Shown in pieces: positions 48,144 through 58,287 of a stretch of 64,000 nucleotides of DNA (position 1 is the stretch's first letter; every line of letters starts with the position of its first letter). The stretch spans positions 196,934-260,933 of the forward strand of contig JAKACP010000001.1 of NCBI GenBank assembly GCA_021821305.1, written 5' to 3'. Made by a program: the position numbers and the translations under genes. Below the pieces are notes generated by a model. The model did no database searches and was not told the DNA's origin. It saw only the letters and a program-made list of their open reading frames with translations. Source of the DNA: a bacterium (GTDB taxonomy: Bacteria > Patescibacteriota > Minisyncoccia > Moranbacterales > UBA1568).

Positions 48144-48455
48144 CTACTCGAATCCCAACTGCGCCTTGGCGGCCTCGGTCATCTTGGATGGGTCCCACGG
48201 GGGATCGAAGGTGATCTCGGTCTTCACGTCCTCGATCTCGGGGATGGCCATGAGCGCCTCTTCGATCTGGGCTTCGATCACCCCGAAGAGCGGACAGCCC
48301 ATGGTGGTGAGCGTCATCGTGACCTTGGCGCGGCCGGACTTGGTCACGGAGACGCCGTAGACGAGGCCGAGATCCACGATCGAGATGCCGAGCTCGGGAT
48401 CGAGCACGGTTTTCAGTGCCGTTTCTATTTTCGTTTGGAGCTTTTGATCCTTCAT
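48144..48455 (-). CDS. DUF59/MIP18-family Fe-S assembly protein (SufT-like)
   Basis: ALKTVLDPELGISIVDLGLVY...TTMGCPL pattern. Confidence 0.7.
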   Translation of the reverse strand: MKDQKLQTKIETALKTVLDPELGISIVDLGLVYGVSVTKSGRAKVTMTLTTMGCPLFGVIEAQIEEALMAIPEIEDVKTEITFDPPWDPSKMTEAAKAQLGFE

Positions 48456-48575
48456 AAAAGAAAAACACAAATTTCAAAAAACAAAAACCAAACAAAGCAC
48501 AAATCCTAAAACACAAGCGGTTTGTAGACTGTGTTTTGTTTGGCTTTTTGTGTACCGTGTTTTGTGCTTTTGAAA
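48456..48575. repeat. Family-2 AT-rich A/C-rich palindromic element, copy F
   Basis: Arms aaacacaaatttcaaaaaacaaaaaccaaacaaagcac / gtgttttgtttggctttttgtgtaccgtgttttgtgc. It fits exactly between the ferredoxin stop and the DUF59 start. Confidence 0.6.
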
Positions 48576-48845
48576 TTACTCGGGGAATACCTGCTTTCCG
48601 TCCTTGTCCTTGATGATGATCGCGGCGACGGGGCAGGATCGGGCGGCATTGAGGATGGTGTCGGTCGAATCCTCGTCGGCCGTCGCGAGGACGGTCGCCT
48701 TGCCCTCGTCGTCGAGCCCGAACGTCTTGGGAGCCATCGCGGTGCAGGGCGCCGCGCCGATGCAGACATTGCGGTCGACTTCCACCGTCCAGCCGTTGGC
48801 GAGAGTGACCGGTCCGCTCGGTTTCGATTCGTCTTTGAGAGCCAT
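48576..48845 (-). CDS. Single-cluster 4Fe-4S ferredoxin
   Basis: CIGAAPC...C pattern; 89 aa. Confidence 0.7.
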   Translation of the reverse strand: MALKDESKPSGPVTLANGWTVEVDRNVCIGAAPCTAMAPKTFGLDDEGKATVLATADEDSTDTILNAARSCPVAAIIIKDKDGKQVFPE

Positions 48846-48942
48846 AATGCTTCCGTTCGTTGATTACTTCCATAGTATAGCGGGAAAAAGGCAAAAAGAA
48901 AACCGGCTCCGATTATCGGAAAGCCGGTCTGAATACGAACCG

Positions 48943-50181
48943 TCAGAACCTGAACCCGCTTGGAATTATCACGATGCCGCTTGCGCTCACGTGGAAGCCT
49001 CTCGCTTCGTCGGCCTTACGATCGACGCCGATATGCGTACCAGGCGGAACAGCCGTTTCTTGGTCGACGATGGCGTTTTCGATCCGACTTCCGGCACCGA
49101 TCACTACCCCGTCAAACAGGATGGAGCGAGATACTTCCGCCCTGTCATAGATCTCGACCCGTCGACCGAGTATCGAATCTTCGACCATGCATCGCTGGAG
49201 GATGGATTTTCCACCAACGAGACAGGCCCGATCATGAGGGACGTTGATTCCGATCAGTTTGGCTCCCGGGAGATTGTCGGAGCCCGTCCGAATCGGCCAC
49301 GCTTCGGTGTTGTGGATATTGAATGGCGGATTGATGGAAATGATGTCCTGGTGGGATTGCCAATAGGCGTCGACCGTCCCGACATCGCGCCAGTAGTGTC
49401 CTCCCGCGCCCGAGACGACGTTGTCATTGAAGTTGTAGGCGAAGAGGTCCATCCCTTTTTCGATGAGATAGGGGATCACATCCTTCCCGAAGTCGAGCGC
49501 ATGTTCGATTTTTCCGGACATTTCCTGAAAAACCTCCCCGAGGAATTCCCGTTCAGCGATGTAGTTCCCCATGGATACGAGGCAATAGCCCGGTTTTCCG
49601 GGGATTTCTTTCGGATCCTTTTTCGGCTTTTCCTGAAAGCCGATGATCCGCATATTCGCATCGACTTCCAGTACGCCGAGCCCGCTTACCGAATCGGACG
49701 GCATTTCGAGTACGGAAACCGTGAACTTGGATCCGACATCGTAGTGGTAGGAGAGCATCTGTGAGAAGTCCATGGAATACACGTGGTCTCCGGAGAGTAT
49801 CGCAAGAGTCCGGAAATTCCCGATTTTTCCGATGATGCTCATATTCTGCTCGACGGCATCGGCGGTATCCTGATATTCCGTGTGTCGAATATGCTGTGGG
49901 AACAGCGGATATACGAAAAAATCATGCGCCGGATCCGAGTTCCACACATGTTGCAGATGGATCATGAGCTCGAAACTTCCGTACTGCGGCAGGACCACGA
50001 TATTCCGGAATCCGGAGTTTTCCAGGTTGGACATGGGGAAATCGATGATCCGGTATTTCCCTCCGAACGGAACGGCCGGTTTTGCCCGGCTTTCGGTGAG
50101 AGTCTTGAGCCGACTTCCGCGCCCCCCCGCAAGAACCATTGCGAGGACTTTTCTGGAAAGGTTGCTGGGATTGCGCATCAT
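48943..50181 (-). CDS. glgC: Glucose-1-phosphate adenylyltransferase
   Basis: LAGGRGSRL...PAVPFGGKYRIIDF motif. Confidence 0.85.
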   Translation of the reverse strand: MMRNPSNLSRKVLAMVLAGGRGSRLKTLTESRAKPAVPFGGKYRIIDFPMSNLENSGFRNIVVLPQYGSFELMIHLQHVWNSDPAHDFFVYPLFPQHIRHTEYQDTADAVEQNMSIIGKIGNFRTLAILSGDHVYSMDFSQMLSYHYDVGSKFTVSVLEMPSDSVSGLGVLEVDANMRIIGFQEKPKKDPKEIPGKPGYCLVSMGNYIAEREFLGEVFQEMSGKIEHALDFGKDVIPYLIEKGMDLFAYNFNDNVVSGAGGHYWRDVGTVDAYWQSHQDIISINPPFNIHNTEAWPIRTGSDNLPGAKLIGINVPHDRACLVGGKSILQRCMVEDSILGRRVEIYDRAEVSRSILFDGVVIGAGSRIENAIVDQETAVPPGTHIGVDRKADEARGFHVSASGIVIIPSGFRF

Positions 50182-50274
50182 GTGCCTCCTTCTGGCGTCG
50201 TTGAGAAAAAGTTGTGAAGAAACAGGTAAAAATCGTACCAGGAATTAGTACACTTGTCAAGGAAATACCTTCTT

Positions 50275-50637
50275 TTATCGCTTTTTTATCGCTTTTTTCA
50301 GCGTTTCAAGCGAGAGGAGCGCGCATTTCATGCGGGTCGGGGAGAGGGTGACGCCGAGGAGGCCGAGTACGTCCTTGGGCCCGAGCGCGAGCGCCCACGT
50401 GACGGATTTCCCTTTGACGTGTTCCGTGAGCAAAGACGCCGCCGCCTGGGATATGGCACAGCCGACACCTTGAAAACCGATGTCGTCGATGACGCCGTCC
50501 TTCACCGAAACGTCGATCGCGAGGCGGTCTCCGCACGTCGGGTTCTTGGCTTCGCCGTGACAGGGGCACGACGGGATCGCCTTGAAGTTGCGCGGGTTCC
50601 GATAGTGATCGAGGATGATGTCCTGGTAAATTTCCAT
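50275..50637 (-). CDS. sufU: SufU/IscU-type Fe-S scaffold protein
   Basis: Three conserved Cys (NPTCGD, GCAIS, KCALL). Confidence 0.8.
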   Translation of the reverse strand: MEIYQDIILDHYRNPRNFKAIPSCPCHGEAKNPTCGDRLAIDVSVKDGVIDDIGFQGVGCAISQAAASLLTEHVKGKSVTWALALGPKDVLGLLGVTLSPTRMKCALLSLETLKKAIKKR

Positions 50638-50639
50638 AA

Positions 50640-51887
50640 TCAGATATTGAAAATCTTTCTCGCGTCACGCATGCCGTCTATCAGCCGGTCGACGTCGCCC
50701 TCTTCGGTATAGACCGAAAAACTCACGCGCGCGGTGGCGGGGATATCGAGCGCGCGGTGGAGCGGCGCGGCGCAGTGCTCGCCGGCACGGATGGCGATAT
50801 TCTTTTCGCCGAGTACCTGGGCGAGGTCGTGCGGGTGTACGCCGGAAAGCGTGAAGGAAACGAGCCCGCCGCGATCTTCCGCCTTTTCGGGGCCGTAGAT
50901 CGTTATGTCGGCTCCGAAGGAGGATCGCAGTCTGTCGAGAGCGTAGCGGGTGATTCCGATCTCGTGTTCCCGTATGGCGCTTCCGCCTATCCCCCCGATG
51001 AAGTCGATCGCCGCACCGAAACCGATGATGGCGGCGATATCCGGCGTTCCCGCCTCGAAGCGATGAGGGATGTCTTTGTAAATGGAAGCGCAAGCCCGCC
51101 CCGCCGCAGGCGGGTTCGGGTAAACATCCAGCACCATGCCGCCGCCCACCTGATAGGGCGGGAGCGTTTCGAGGATTCCGCGCTTCCCATAGAGGATTCC
51201 GACGCCGGTCGGGCCGAACATCTTGTGTCCCGAGAAGGCGAGGAAATCGCAATCCCACTCGCGCACATCGATCGCGACATGTCCCGCGGCCTGGGCGGCG
51301 TCGACGATCGTCAGGATCCCGGGATTGAGGCGCTTCGCCTCCCGGACGAACGCGGCGACCGGGTTGATCGTCCCGAGAACGTTCGAGACGGCCGGGAACG
51401 CGAAGATGCTTGTCTCGGACCCCACATGGTTCCGAAGTATCTCCATGTCGATGGATCCATCTGCGGAGAGGGGAATGACGCGGAGTTCGGCGCCGCGTTC
51501 CCGCGCGAGCCGCTCCCAGGGGAGGAAGTTCGAATGATGCTCCATCGCGGTCACGACGATGTTGTCGTCCCGTTTCACGCGATCGGCGAGGACGGAGGCG
51601 AGGAGGTTCATCGACTCGGTGGTGCCATGGGTGAAGATGACCTCTTCCGTGTCCGCTCCGATGAAGCGGGCGGTCTTTTCGCGCGTTCCTTCCATCCGCG
51701 CCGTCGTCTCTTCGGCGAGCGGATAGAGCCCGCGCCCGACATTGGTCGAGAGCGTCTCGTAGTATCCGGAGACGGCGTCGATCACGGTCTCGGGCTTGAG
51801 CGCCGTCGCGGCCGAATCAAGATACGTCAGGTCGGGATGATGACGGAAGATGGGGAAATCGTTCTTCATGCCCTGGATGTTTTTCAT
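50640..51887 (-). CDS. sufS: Cysteine desulfurase (group II)
   Basis: PLP-Lys motif SGHKMFGPTGVG and a C-terminal Cys loop (RAGEHCA). Confidence 0.85.
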   Translation of the reverse strand: MKNIQGMKNDFPIFRHHPDLTYLDSAATALKPETVIDAVSGYYETLSTNVGRGLYPLAEETTARMEGTREKTARFIGADTEEVIFTHGTTESMNLLASVLADRVKRDDNIVVTAMEHHSNFLPWERLARERGAELRVIPLSADGSIDMEILRNHVGSETSIFAFPAVSNVLGTINPVAAFVREAKRLNPGILTIVDAAQAAGHVAIDVREWDCDFLAFSGHKMFGPTGVGILYGKRGILETLPPYQVGGGMVLDVYPNPPAAGRACASIYKDIPHRFEAGTPDIAAIIGFGAAIDFIGGIGGSAIREHEIGITRYALDRLRSSFGADITIYGPEKAEDRGGLVSFTLSGVHPHDLAQVLGEKNIAIRAGEHCAAPLHRALDIPATARVSFSVYTEEGDVDRLIDGMRDARKIFNI

Positions 51888-52477
51888 ATGGTGATGAGAG
51901 GATCCCTCTCGTATTTCGCGAGCTCCGGAAACGTCCCGTACCGTCCGATTTCCTCGAACAGGGATTTCCTGAATCCGTCGGCCAACAGGCGCTCGGCCTG
52001 CTTGCCGTCGAGTCCCCTCGTCTTCATGTAGAGGATCGCCTCCTCGGAGAGGGTCCCGGTCGTCGAGGCGTGCTCGCAGGCGACATCGTTCGTCAGTATC
52101 TCGAGCGAGGGGATCGAGACGGCCGACGCCGATTCGGAGAGGAGGAGGTTCCGGTTCTCCTGTTTCGCGTCGGATCCGTCCGCGCCCTTGTCGATGCGGA
52201 TGAGCCCTCCGTAGGAGAGCGAGGACGCGTCCGAAAGCAGACTCTTCACCAGCGCGGAGGATGTCGTGTCCGGAGCCTTGTGGTGCTGGAGGATGTCGAG
52301 CGAGAACTGTCCGTTTCCGGCCCCTTCGAAGAGCGCGAATATGCGCGCTTCCGCGCCTCTCCCGGCGAGCACGAATTCCAGTGTGCCGGAGCGGTTCTTC
52401 ATGAAGAAAACGGCCTTCTCGTTTTCCCCGAGGACATAGCGGTTTTTCTTCGAGTCGGTGATGTCGATGAATCGCAT
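51884..52477 (-). CDS. sufD: SufD-like Fe-S assembly protein (short form)
   Basis: C-terminal SufBD beta-helix region; lies between sufB and sufS. Confidence 0.6.
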   Translation of the reverse strand: MRFIDITDSKKNRYVLGENEKAVFFMKNRSGTLEFVLAGRGAEARIFALFEGAGNGQFSLDILQHHKAPDTTSSALVKSLLSDASSLSYGGLIRIDKGADGSDAKQENRNLLLSESASAVSIPSLEILTNDVACEHASTTGTLSEEAILYMKTRGLDGKQAERLLADGFRKSLFEEIGRYGTFPELAKYERDPLITI

Positions 52478-52480
52478 AGG

Positions 52481-53890
52481 TCAGCCGATAGAGCCTTTCA
52501 TCTCGAGGTCCATGAGCCGGTTGAGCTCGATGGAATATTCGAGCGGGATTTCGCGCGCGACCGGTTCGATGAAGCCGTTGACGAGGAGCCCCTCGGCGTC
52601 ATCTTCCGATATCCCGCGGGAGGCGAGGTAGAAGAGCTTGTCGAGCGAGAGCTTCTCGACGCGCGCCTCGTGCTCGATACGGGCGTCCTTGGATCGGATC
52701 CGCATCGTCGGGTACGTGTCGGAACGGGATTGCGGGTCGAGGAGGAGCGCATCGCAGACCACCGAGGAAGAGGCCCGCTTGGCTCCGGGGGCGACATGGA
52801 CGAGTCCGCGATAGGATGTCCGACCGCCGTCCTTGGAGATGGATTTCGACACGATGCGCGACGAAGTGTCGCTCGCGAGGTGGACCATCTTCGCGCCGGC
52901 GTCCTGATGCTGGTCCTTACCGGCGAACGCGATCGAGAGCACCTCGCCGCGGGCGCCCCGGCCCGCGAGGTAGACGGCCGGGTATTTCATGGTCACGCCG
53001 GAGCCGATGTTGCAGTCGATCCATTCCATGATCGCACCTTCTTCGGCGCGGGCGCGCTTGGTGACGAGGTTGTAGATGTTCTTGCTCCAGTTCTGGACGG
53101 TCGTGTATCGGACGCGCGCGTTCTTGTGGACGAAGATCTCGACGACCGCGGCGTGGAGCGACGCGGAAGTGTAGATGGGAGCGGTGCATCCTTCGATATA
53201 GTGGACCGAAGAGCCCTCCTCGGCGATGATGATGGTGCGCTCGAACTGTCCGAAACGTTCCGCATTGATCCGGAAATAGGCCTGGAGCGGGAGGGTCACC
53301 TTCACGTTTTTCGGGACATACACGAATGATCCTCCCGACCAGACGGCGGAATTGAGGGCCGCGAACTTGTTGTCGCCCTGGGGGATGAGGGTGCCGAAAT
53401 ATTTCCGGACCAATGCCGGATACTTCCTGACCGCGGTGTCCATGTCGCAGAAGATCACGCCCTTCTTCGAGAGTTCCTTCTGGATGCTCTCGTAGACGAC
53501 TTCCGATTCGTACTGCGCGGAGACGCCGGCGAGGAACTTCTTCTCCGCCTCGGGGACGCCGATCTTGTCGTAGGTGTCCTTGATTTCCTGAGGGAGGTCG
53601 GCCCATGCGTCGGCGTTGCCCTCGGACGCCTTGAGGTAGTAGGTGATGTCCTGGAAGTCTATCTTCGAGAGATCGGCTCCGAAGCTCGGCACCTTTTTCT
53701 TCTTGAACACCTCGAAGCTTTCCAGCCGGTACTTCCGCATCCACGCGGGTTCACCTTTCATGTCGGATATTTCCGCCACGATGCGCGCCGAAAGTCCGGG
53801 ACGGGTCTTTTTGACCGATCGTTCCGGCATCGAAAATCCGTAGCGGTAATCGAAATCGATGGATTCCTGTTTCATGTCAGATATTTTCAA
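52481..53890 (-). CDS. sufB: Fe-S cluster assembly protein SufB
   Basis: Conserved SufB core (~470 aa). Confidence 0.85.
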   Translation of the reverse strand: MKISDMKQESIDFDYRYGFSMPERSVKKTRPGLSARIVAEISDMKGEPAWMRKYRLESFEVFKKKKVPSFGADLSKIDFQDITYYLKASEGNADAWADLPQEIKDTYDKIGVPEAEKKFLAGVSAQYESEVVYESIQKELSKKGVIFCDMDTAVRKYPALVRKYFGTLIPQGDNKFAALNSAVWSGGSFVYVPKNVKVTLPLQAYFRINAERFGQFERTIIIAEEGSSVHYIEGCTAPIYTSASLHAAVVEIFVHKNARVRYTTVQNWSKNIYNLVTKRARAEEGAIMEWIDCNIGSGVTMKYPAVYLAGRGARGEVLSIAFAGKDQHQDAGAKMVHLASDTSSRIVSKSISKDGGRTSYRGLVHVAPGAKRASSSVVCDALLLDPQSRSDTYPTMRIRSKDARIEHEARVEKLSLDKLFYLASRGISEDDAEGLLVNGFIEPVAREIPLEYSIELNRLMDLEMKGSIG

Positions 53891-54590
53891 ATCCCTTCTT
53901 CTCTATCTCGGTCGCGAGCACGGAAGTGCCGCTCCGCGCGATCGCTCCCTCGCGCATCACGAAGACGCGGTCCGGCTTGAGGTACCGGAGTATCCTCGTC
54001 GAGTGCGTGATGATGAGGATCGAGCTCTCCTTCGTACGGTGCTTTCCGAGGAACCGGGCGATCTTCCGGAGCGCGTCGACGTCGGCACCCGAGTCGATCT
54101 CGTCGAGGATGAGGAGCTTGGGGGCGAGTATGCCGGCCTGGAGCGCCTCGACCTTCTTCTTCTCGCCGCCGGAAAATCCGTCGTGGATCGAACGGAAGAG
54201 GAGGCTCTCGTCGATGCCGAGCTCCTTGGCGTACGCTTTCGCGCGGGTGCGGAGCGTGAGCGGGTCCTCTTTTCCTTCGCGGGCGAGGCGGAGGAGATCG
54301 AGGACGGAGACGCCGGGCAGGGGAAGCGGATTCTGGAACGAGAGGAATATCCCGAGCTTAGCCCGCTTTTCCGGGGGAAGATTCTTTATGGATTTTCCCT
54401 CGAAGAGGATGTTCCCGTTCCGGCCGACCGTGAAGTTCGGATTGCCGGCTATCGCGTGGGCGAGCGTCGACTTTCCGGATCCGTTCGGTCCCATGAGCAC
54501 CGCGATCTCGCCTTTCCGGATGTGGAGGGAGAGGCGTTTCAGTATCGGTTTCGATCCGACTTTCACGCTGAGGTTGCTGAGTTCGAGCAT
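53877..54590 (-). CDS. sufC: Fe-S cluster assembly ATPase SufC
   Basis: GPNGSGKST, FSGGEKKK and LLILDEIDSG motifs. Confidence 0.85.
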   Translation of the reverse strand: MLELSNLSVKVGSKPILKRLSLHIRKGEIAVLMGPNGSGKSTLAHAIAGNPNFTVGRNGNILFEGKSIKNLPPEKRAKLGIFLSFQNPLPLPGVSVLDLLRLAREGKEDPLTLRTRAKAYAKELGIDESLLFRSIHDGFSGGEKKKVEALQAGILAPKLLILDEIDSGADVDALRKIARFLGKHRTKESSILIITHSTRILRYLKPDRVFVMREGAIARSGTSVLATEIEKKGFENI

Positions 54591-54594
54591 ATGG

Positions 54595-54996
54595 TTATCG
54601 TATCAATGAGTCGAGGGTGATATCCGAGAGGGTTTTTTCTATCTTCTGTTCGAGCACGCGCCAGAGTTCGTTCGTCTGGCAGTGCGAGGGGATGGAGCAT
54701 GGGAGGACGCCTTTCGGAGTCGGCGGCGGGCTGATGCGGGGGAAGGGACTGTCGAGCGCGGAAAGCACGTTCCAGGCGCTTATCTCATCGGCGCCTCGGG
54801 CGAGGGAGTAGCCTCCCTCGACGCCTTTTTTCGCGACGACCACCCCGGATTTCTTCAGTTTCTGAAGGATTTTCTCGAGAAAGTCCGCCGGCAGATGTTC
54901 GGATATCGCCAGATCATGCGCGGATACGGGATTTTTCGACGCGGAGAGGCGTATCGCCGCCCGCATGCCGTAGTAGGCTTTTTTCGATATCTTCAT
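54595..54996 (-). CDS. Rrf2-family transcriptional regulator (IscR/SufR-like)
   Basis: N-terminal wHTH (ISKKAYYGMRAAIRL). It leads the suf operon. Confidence 0.8.
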   Translation of the reverse strand: MKISKKAYYGMRAAIRLSASKNPVSAHDLAISEHLPADFLEKILQKLKKSGVVVAKKGVEGGYSLARGADEISAWNVLSALDSPFPRISPPPTPKGVLPCSIPSHCQTNELWRVLEQKIEKTLSDITLDSLIR

Positions 54997-55110
54997 AGTA
55001 TGAAAGTGGACCTATTTAGTCCGAATTTATGGTACCAAACAGGCACAAACGTGTCAATGAGCGCTTCAAACCCTTGAGTTTTTGCGGAAACTTCTGTACC
55101 TTCCTTCTAA

Positions 55111-55296
55111 GAGTCTGTTCAACATCTCACCGCTTTACATATAAAGGAAACCCTCTCGCTTGTCGTCCAATACTTCAGAATTTCGGCTGCAAATCATTTA
55201 TCACTCGTCGGCTTATCGCGATAGGCCTTCTTGCGATGCATGATGTTCGCTCGAAATTCTGAAGTACTGGCTCGACATGAGATATTGAACAGACTC
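55111..55296. repeat. Family-1 structured intergenic element, copy C (186 bp) between rrf2 and dus
   Basis: Ends gagtctgttcaacatctca / tgagatattgaacagactc are complementary at 18 of 19 positions. Boxes tcaccgc, gcttgtcg, tttcggctgcaaatc, ctcgtcgg and ctcgacatgaga. Confidence 0.65.
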
Positions 55297-55298
55297 TT

Positions 55299-56276
55299 AT
55301 GGATATACACATGGGTTTTTGGAAAAAACTGCGAAAACCGTTCCTAGTGCTCGCACCGCTGGACGATGTCACGGACGCGGCGTTCCGCCGTATCATCGTG
55401 AAATACGGCAGGCCCGATGTCGTCTGGACGGAATTCGTCTCGGCGGACGGGCTCATGCACCCGGAGGGCAGGAAGGCGATACTTCCCAAACTCTGGTTCG
55501 ATGAGAGCGAGCGGCCGATCGTCGCGCAGCTTTTTTCGGCGTTTCCGGAAAAGATGCGCGGGGCGGCGAAGCTGGTGGCCGAGCTCGGGTTCGACGGGAT
55601 CGACATCAATATGGGCTGTCCGGACAAGGCGATCAACAAGCAGGGAGCGGGTGCGGCCTGCATACGTGATTTCGGGTTGGCGCAGGATCTCATCCGGAGC
55701 GCGAAGGCGGGCATCCATGACGCAGGGAAGGATATTCCCGTTTCCGTGAAGACACGCCTCGGGTTCGATACCGATATACTCGAGGAGTGGCTGCCGGCGC
55801 TTCTCGAAGCCGGACCGGCCGTCATCACGCTCCATGCCCGGACGAGGAAGGAGATGTCCGATGTGCCGGCCCACTGGGACCGCGTCGCCCGCGCGGTCGA
55901 GATCGCGGCCGGGTCCGGGACGCTCATCATAGGGAACGGCGATGTCCGCGACCTCGCGCATGCGCGCGTACTCGCCGCCGAAACCGGAGCCGACGGCGTC
56001 ATGCTGGGGCGCGCCATATTCGGAAATCCGTGGCTTTTCGCCGAGGATGGGGAGGATGTTCCCATGACGGAGCGGCTCCGCGTCATGGTCGAACACACGA
56101 GGCTCTACGAGGAACTCTTCACCGGAGTGAAAAGCTTCGATCTCATGAGGAAACACTATCATGCCTACGCGCACGGGTTCCCGGGTGCGAAGGAACTGCG
56201 GATCCGGCTCATGGATTGTCGTGATGCCCGCTCCGTGGAGGAAACGGTGGCCGAGTTTCTTGGCAGGCATGCCTGA
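55299..56276 (+). CDS. dus: tRNA-dihydrouridine synthase
   Basis: Dus family pattern (LAPLDDVTD...DINMGCP...). Confidence 0.8.
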   Translation: MDIHMGFWKKLRKPFLVLAPLDDVTDAAFRRIIVKYGRPDVVWTEFVSADGLMHPEGRKAILPKLWFDESERPIVAQLFSAFPEKMRGAAKLVAELGFDGIDINMGCPDKAINKQGAGAACIRDFGLAQDLIRSAKAGIHDAGKDIPVSVKTRLGFDTDILEEWLPALLEAGPAVITLHARTRKEMSDVPAHWDRVARAVEIAAGSGTLIIGNGDVRDLAHARVLAAETGADGVMLGRAIFGNPWLFAEDGEDVPMTERLRVMVEHTRLYEELFTGVKSFDLMRKHYHAYAHGFPGAKELRIRLMDCRDARSVEETVAEFLGRHA

Positions 56277-56359
56277 GTGAGGAGTTTCGTCCCGCGTTGA
56301 CAGTTCCGGAGAAATGAGACAAGATAGGATTCACGTTTTTCATGAGAGGAGGACTGAAG

Positions 56360-56773
56360 ATGGCAGTGAAAAGTGACGATGAAGTGTTGGCCGGTCTCGC
56401 GAGGCAGGCGCTCAAGACCGCCGAACAGCTCCGGGATCCCAACGATGGTCCGGAAAAAAAGGAGGCCCTGCGTCTCTCCTGCATAAACCTCAGATCGTTT
56501 CTGACGGTGTGGGGGAAATCCAAGTCTCGGCCCCTGGAAGGGAGCCTGCATGATACGGTGTTCCATATCATCACCGACGCACAGAGACAGTCCGGCATGC
56601 CGAACGCGAGCCGGGAGAAAATGGCCGGGTTCGCGAAGAGGGCCATGCGATTGTGTATCGCTCCCGGGAGCTGGAACCGCGACATCGCGGTGAAATTCTT
56701 TCAGCGGATAGGAGAGATGGCCGGCGCGGAACGCGAAAAATCGCTTCCGTCCCGCGAAGACGCGATCCACTGA
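56360..56773 (+). CDS. Hypothetical protein
   Basis: ORF with a GAGGAGG RBS before MAVKSDD. No family recognised. Confidence 0.4.
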   Translation: MAVKSDDEVLAGLARQALKTAEQLRDPNDGPEKKEALRLSCINLRSFLTVWGKSKSRPLEGSLHDTVFHIITDAQRQSGMPNASREKMAGFAKRAMRLCIAPGSWNRDIAVKFFQRIGEMAGAEREKSLPSREDAIH

Positions 56774-56856
56774 GACGATGCGGGAGGATGATATTCCTCC
56801 CGCTCTTTTTTTACCGTATCATTCCCATTTCCGTGATTTCCTGTTTGAATGGTCGT

Positions 56857-57909
56857 ATGAAGATAGCGATGCTCATATCCGGCGGAGTGGACAGTTCCGT
56901 ATCCTTGCGGCTCCTTAAGGATGCGGGACACGATATCACCGCTTTTTATCTCAAGATCTGGCTCGAGGACGAACTGTCGTTCCTCGGGGAGTGCCCGTGG
57001 GAGGAGGATATCGAATACGTGAGCCGGGTGTGCCGTGAAGCCGGCGTCCCCTTCGAGGTCGTGCCGTTCCAGAAGGAATACTGGGAACGCGTCGTCTCGT
57101 ACGTGATCGAGGAGGCACGGCTCGGCCGGACCCCGAATCCCGACGTGTTCTGCAATGCGTGGATCAAGTTCGGAATCTTCTACGATCGCTTCGGCAAGGA
57201 TTTCGACAAGGTCGCGACGGGACACTACGCGCAGACGGAGGAACGGGACGGTCTGTCGGTTCTCAAGAAGTCGCCGGACCCGGTGAAGGATCAGACGTAT
57301 TTTCTTTCCCGGCTCACGCAGGCACAGCTGTCGAAGGCGCTCTTTCCGATCGGGAAATATCGGAAGGAGGAAGTCCGCGAGCTCGCGCGGACATACGACC
57401 TCCCGAACGCGGAGCGCAAGGACAGCCAGGGGATATGTTTTCTCGGGGCCGTGGCGTTCGATAAGTTTCTCGAACACTATCTCGGGACGAAGGAGGGCGA
57501 CATCATGGATATGAAGACCGGAAAAAAAATCGGCAGGCACCGGGGATACTGGTTCCACACGATCGGGCAGCGCCGCGGGCTGGGCCTCTCCGGCGGACCC
57601 TGGTATGTCGCGGGCAAAGACATGGCGTCGAATACCGTGCTCGTCTCCAATGCGTGGCGGAGCGAGGAGATGGAGCGGAGCGAGTTCGCCGTCTGCGAGC
57701 TCAGCTGGATCGCCGGCGTTCCTCCCGAAAAAACGCGCCTCTCCGTGAAGATCCGACACGGAGCGAAGGAATATCCCTGCGATATCGTCTTCGGGGAAAA
57801 CGGAGACCTCACGGTGAAGCTCGACGGCTCGGACCGCGGTATCGCGTCGGGGCAGATCGCCGCGTTCTATGACGGGGATTATTGTCTCGGGAGCGGCATC
57901 ATCGCGTGA
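56857..57909 (+). CDS. mnmA: tRNA 2-thiouridylase
   Basis: PP-loop SGGVDSS and catalytic Cys residues. Confidence 0.85.
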   Translation: MKIAMLISGGVDSSVSLRLLKDAGHDITAFYLKIWLEDELSFLGECPWEEDIEYVSRVCREAGVPFEVVPFQKEYWERVVSYVIEEARLGRTPNPDVFCNAWIKFGIFYDRFGKDFDKVATGHYAQTEERDGLSVLKKSPDPVKDQTYFLSRLTQAQLSKALFPIGKYRKEEVRELARTYDLPNAERKDSQGICFLGAVAFDKFLEHYLGTKEGDIMDMKTGKKIGRHRGYWFHTIGQRRGLGLSGGPWYVAGKDMASNTVLVSNAWRSEEMERSEFAVCELSWIAGVPPEKTRLSVKIRHGAKEYPCDIVFGENGDLTVKLDGSDRGIASGQIAAFYDGDYCLGSGIIA

Positions 57910-57975
57910 TCCGATATCGACGATCCCGTGATACAATGAAAAACCGTCGGAAATGTTTCCGACGGCCGATATGCT

Positions 57976-58239
57976 TCAGGGCTGGAGATGGGCATGTTCG
58001 AGGAGCTGGAGCTCGGTGGCGCCATCGGTATCCGTGCCGAGGATCCGTACTTTGGCGACGACCTCCGATCGTGAGCTGATGGCCTTGCGCAGTTTGTTCG
58101 AAAAGACTTCCATGAGATGTTCTCTCGAGAGCTGGTTTCCGGACATCGAGAGCACGTTCCATGACGTCGCGAGCTCGGAGCCTTTTATGGAAAACAGCCC
58201 CGCGGGGGAATAGCTGAGTAATGCGATTCTCTTCGGCAT
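57976..58239 (-). CDS. Hypothetical small protein
   Basis: 87-aa ORF. No confident family. Confidence 0.35.
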   Translation of the reverse strand: MPKRIALLSYSPAGLFSIKGSELATSWNVLSMSGNQLSREHLMEVFSNKLRKAISSRSEVVAKVRILGTDTDGATELQLLEHAHLQP

Positions 58240-58287
58240 GATCCGTTCCTCCTCTTGTGAAAAAACGATATACCATTTTCTTATACC

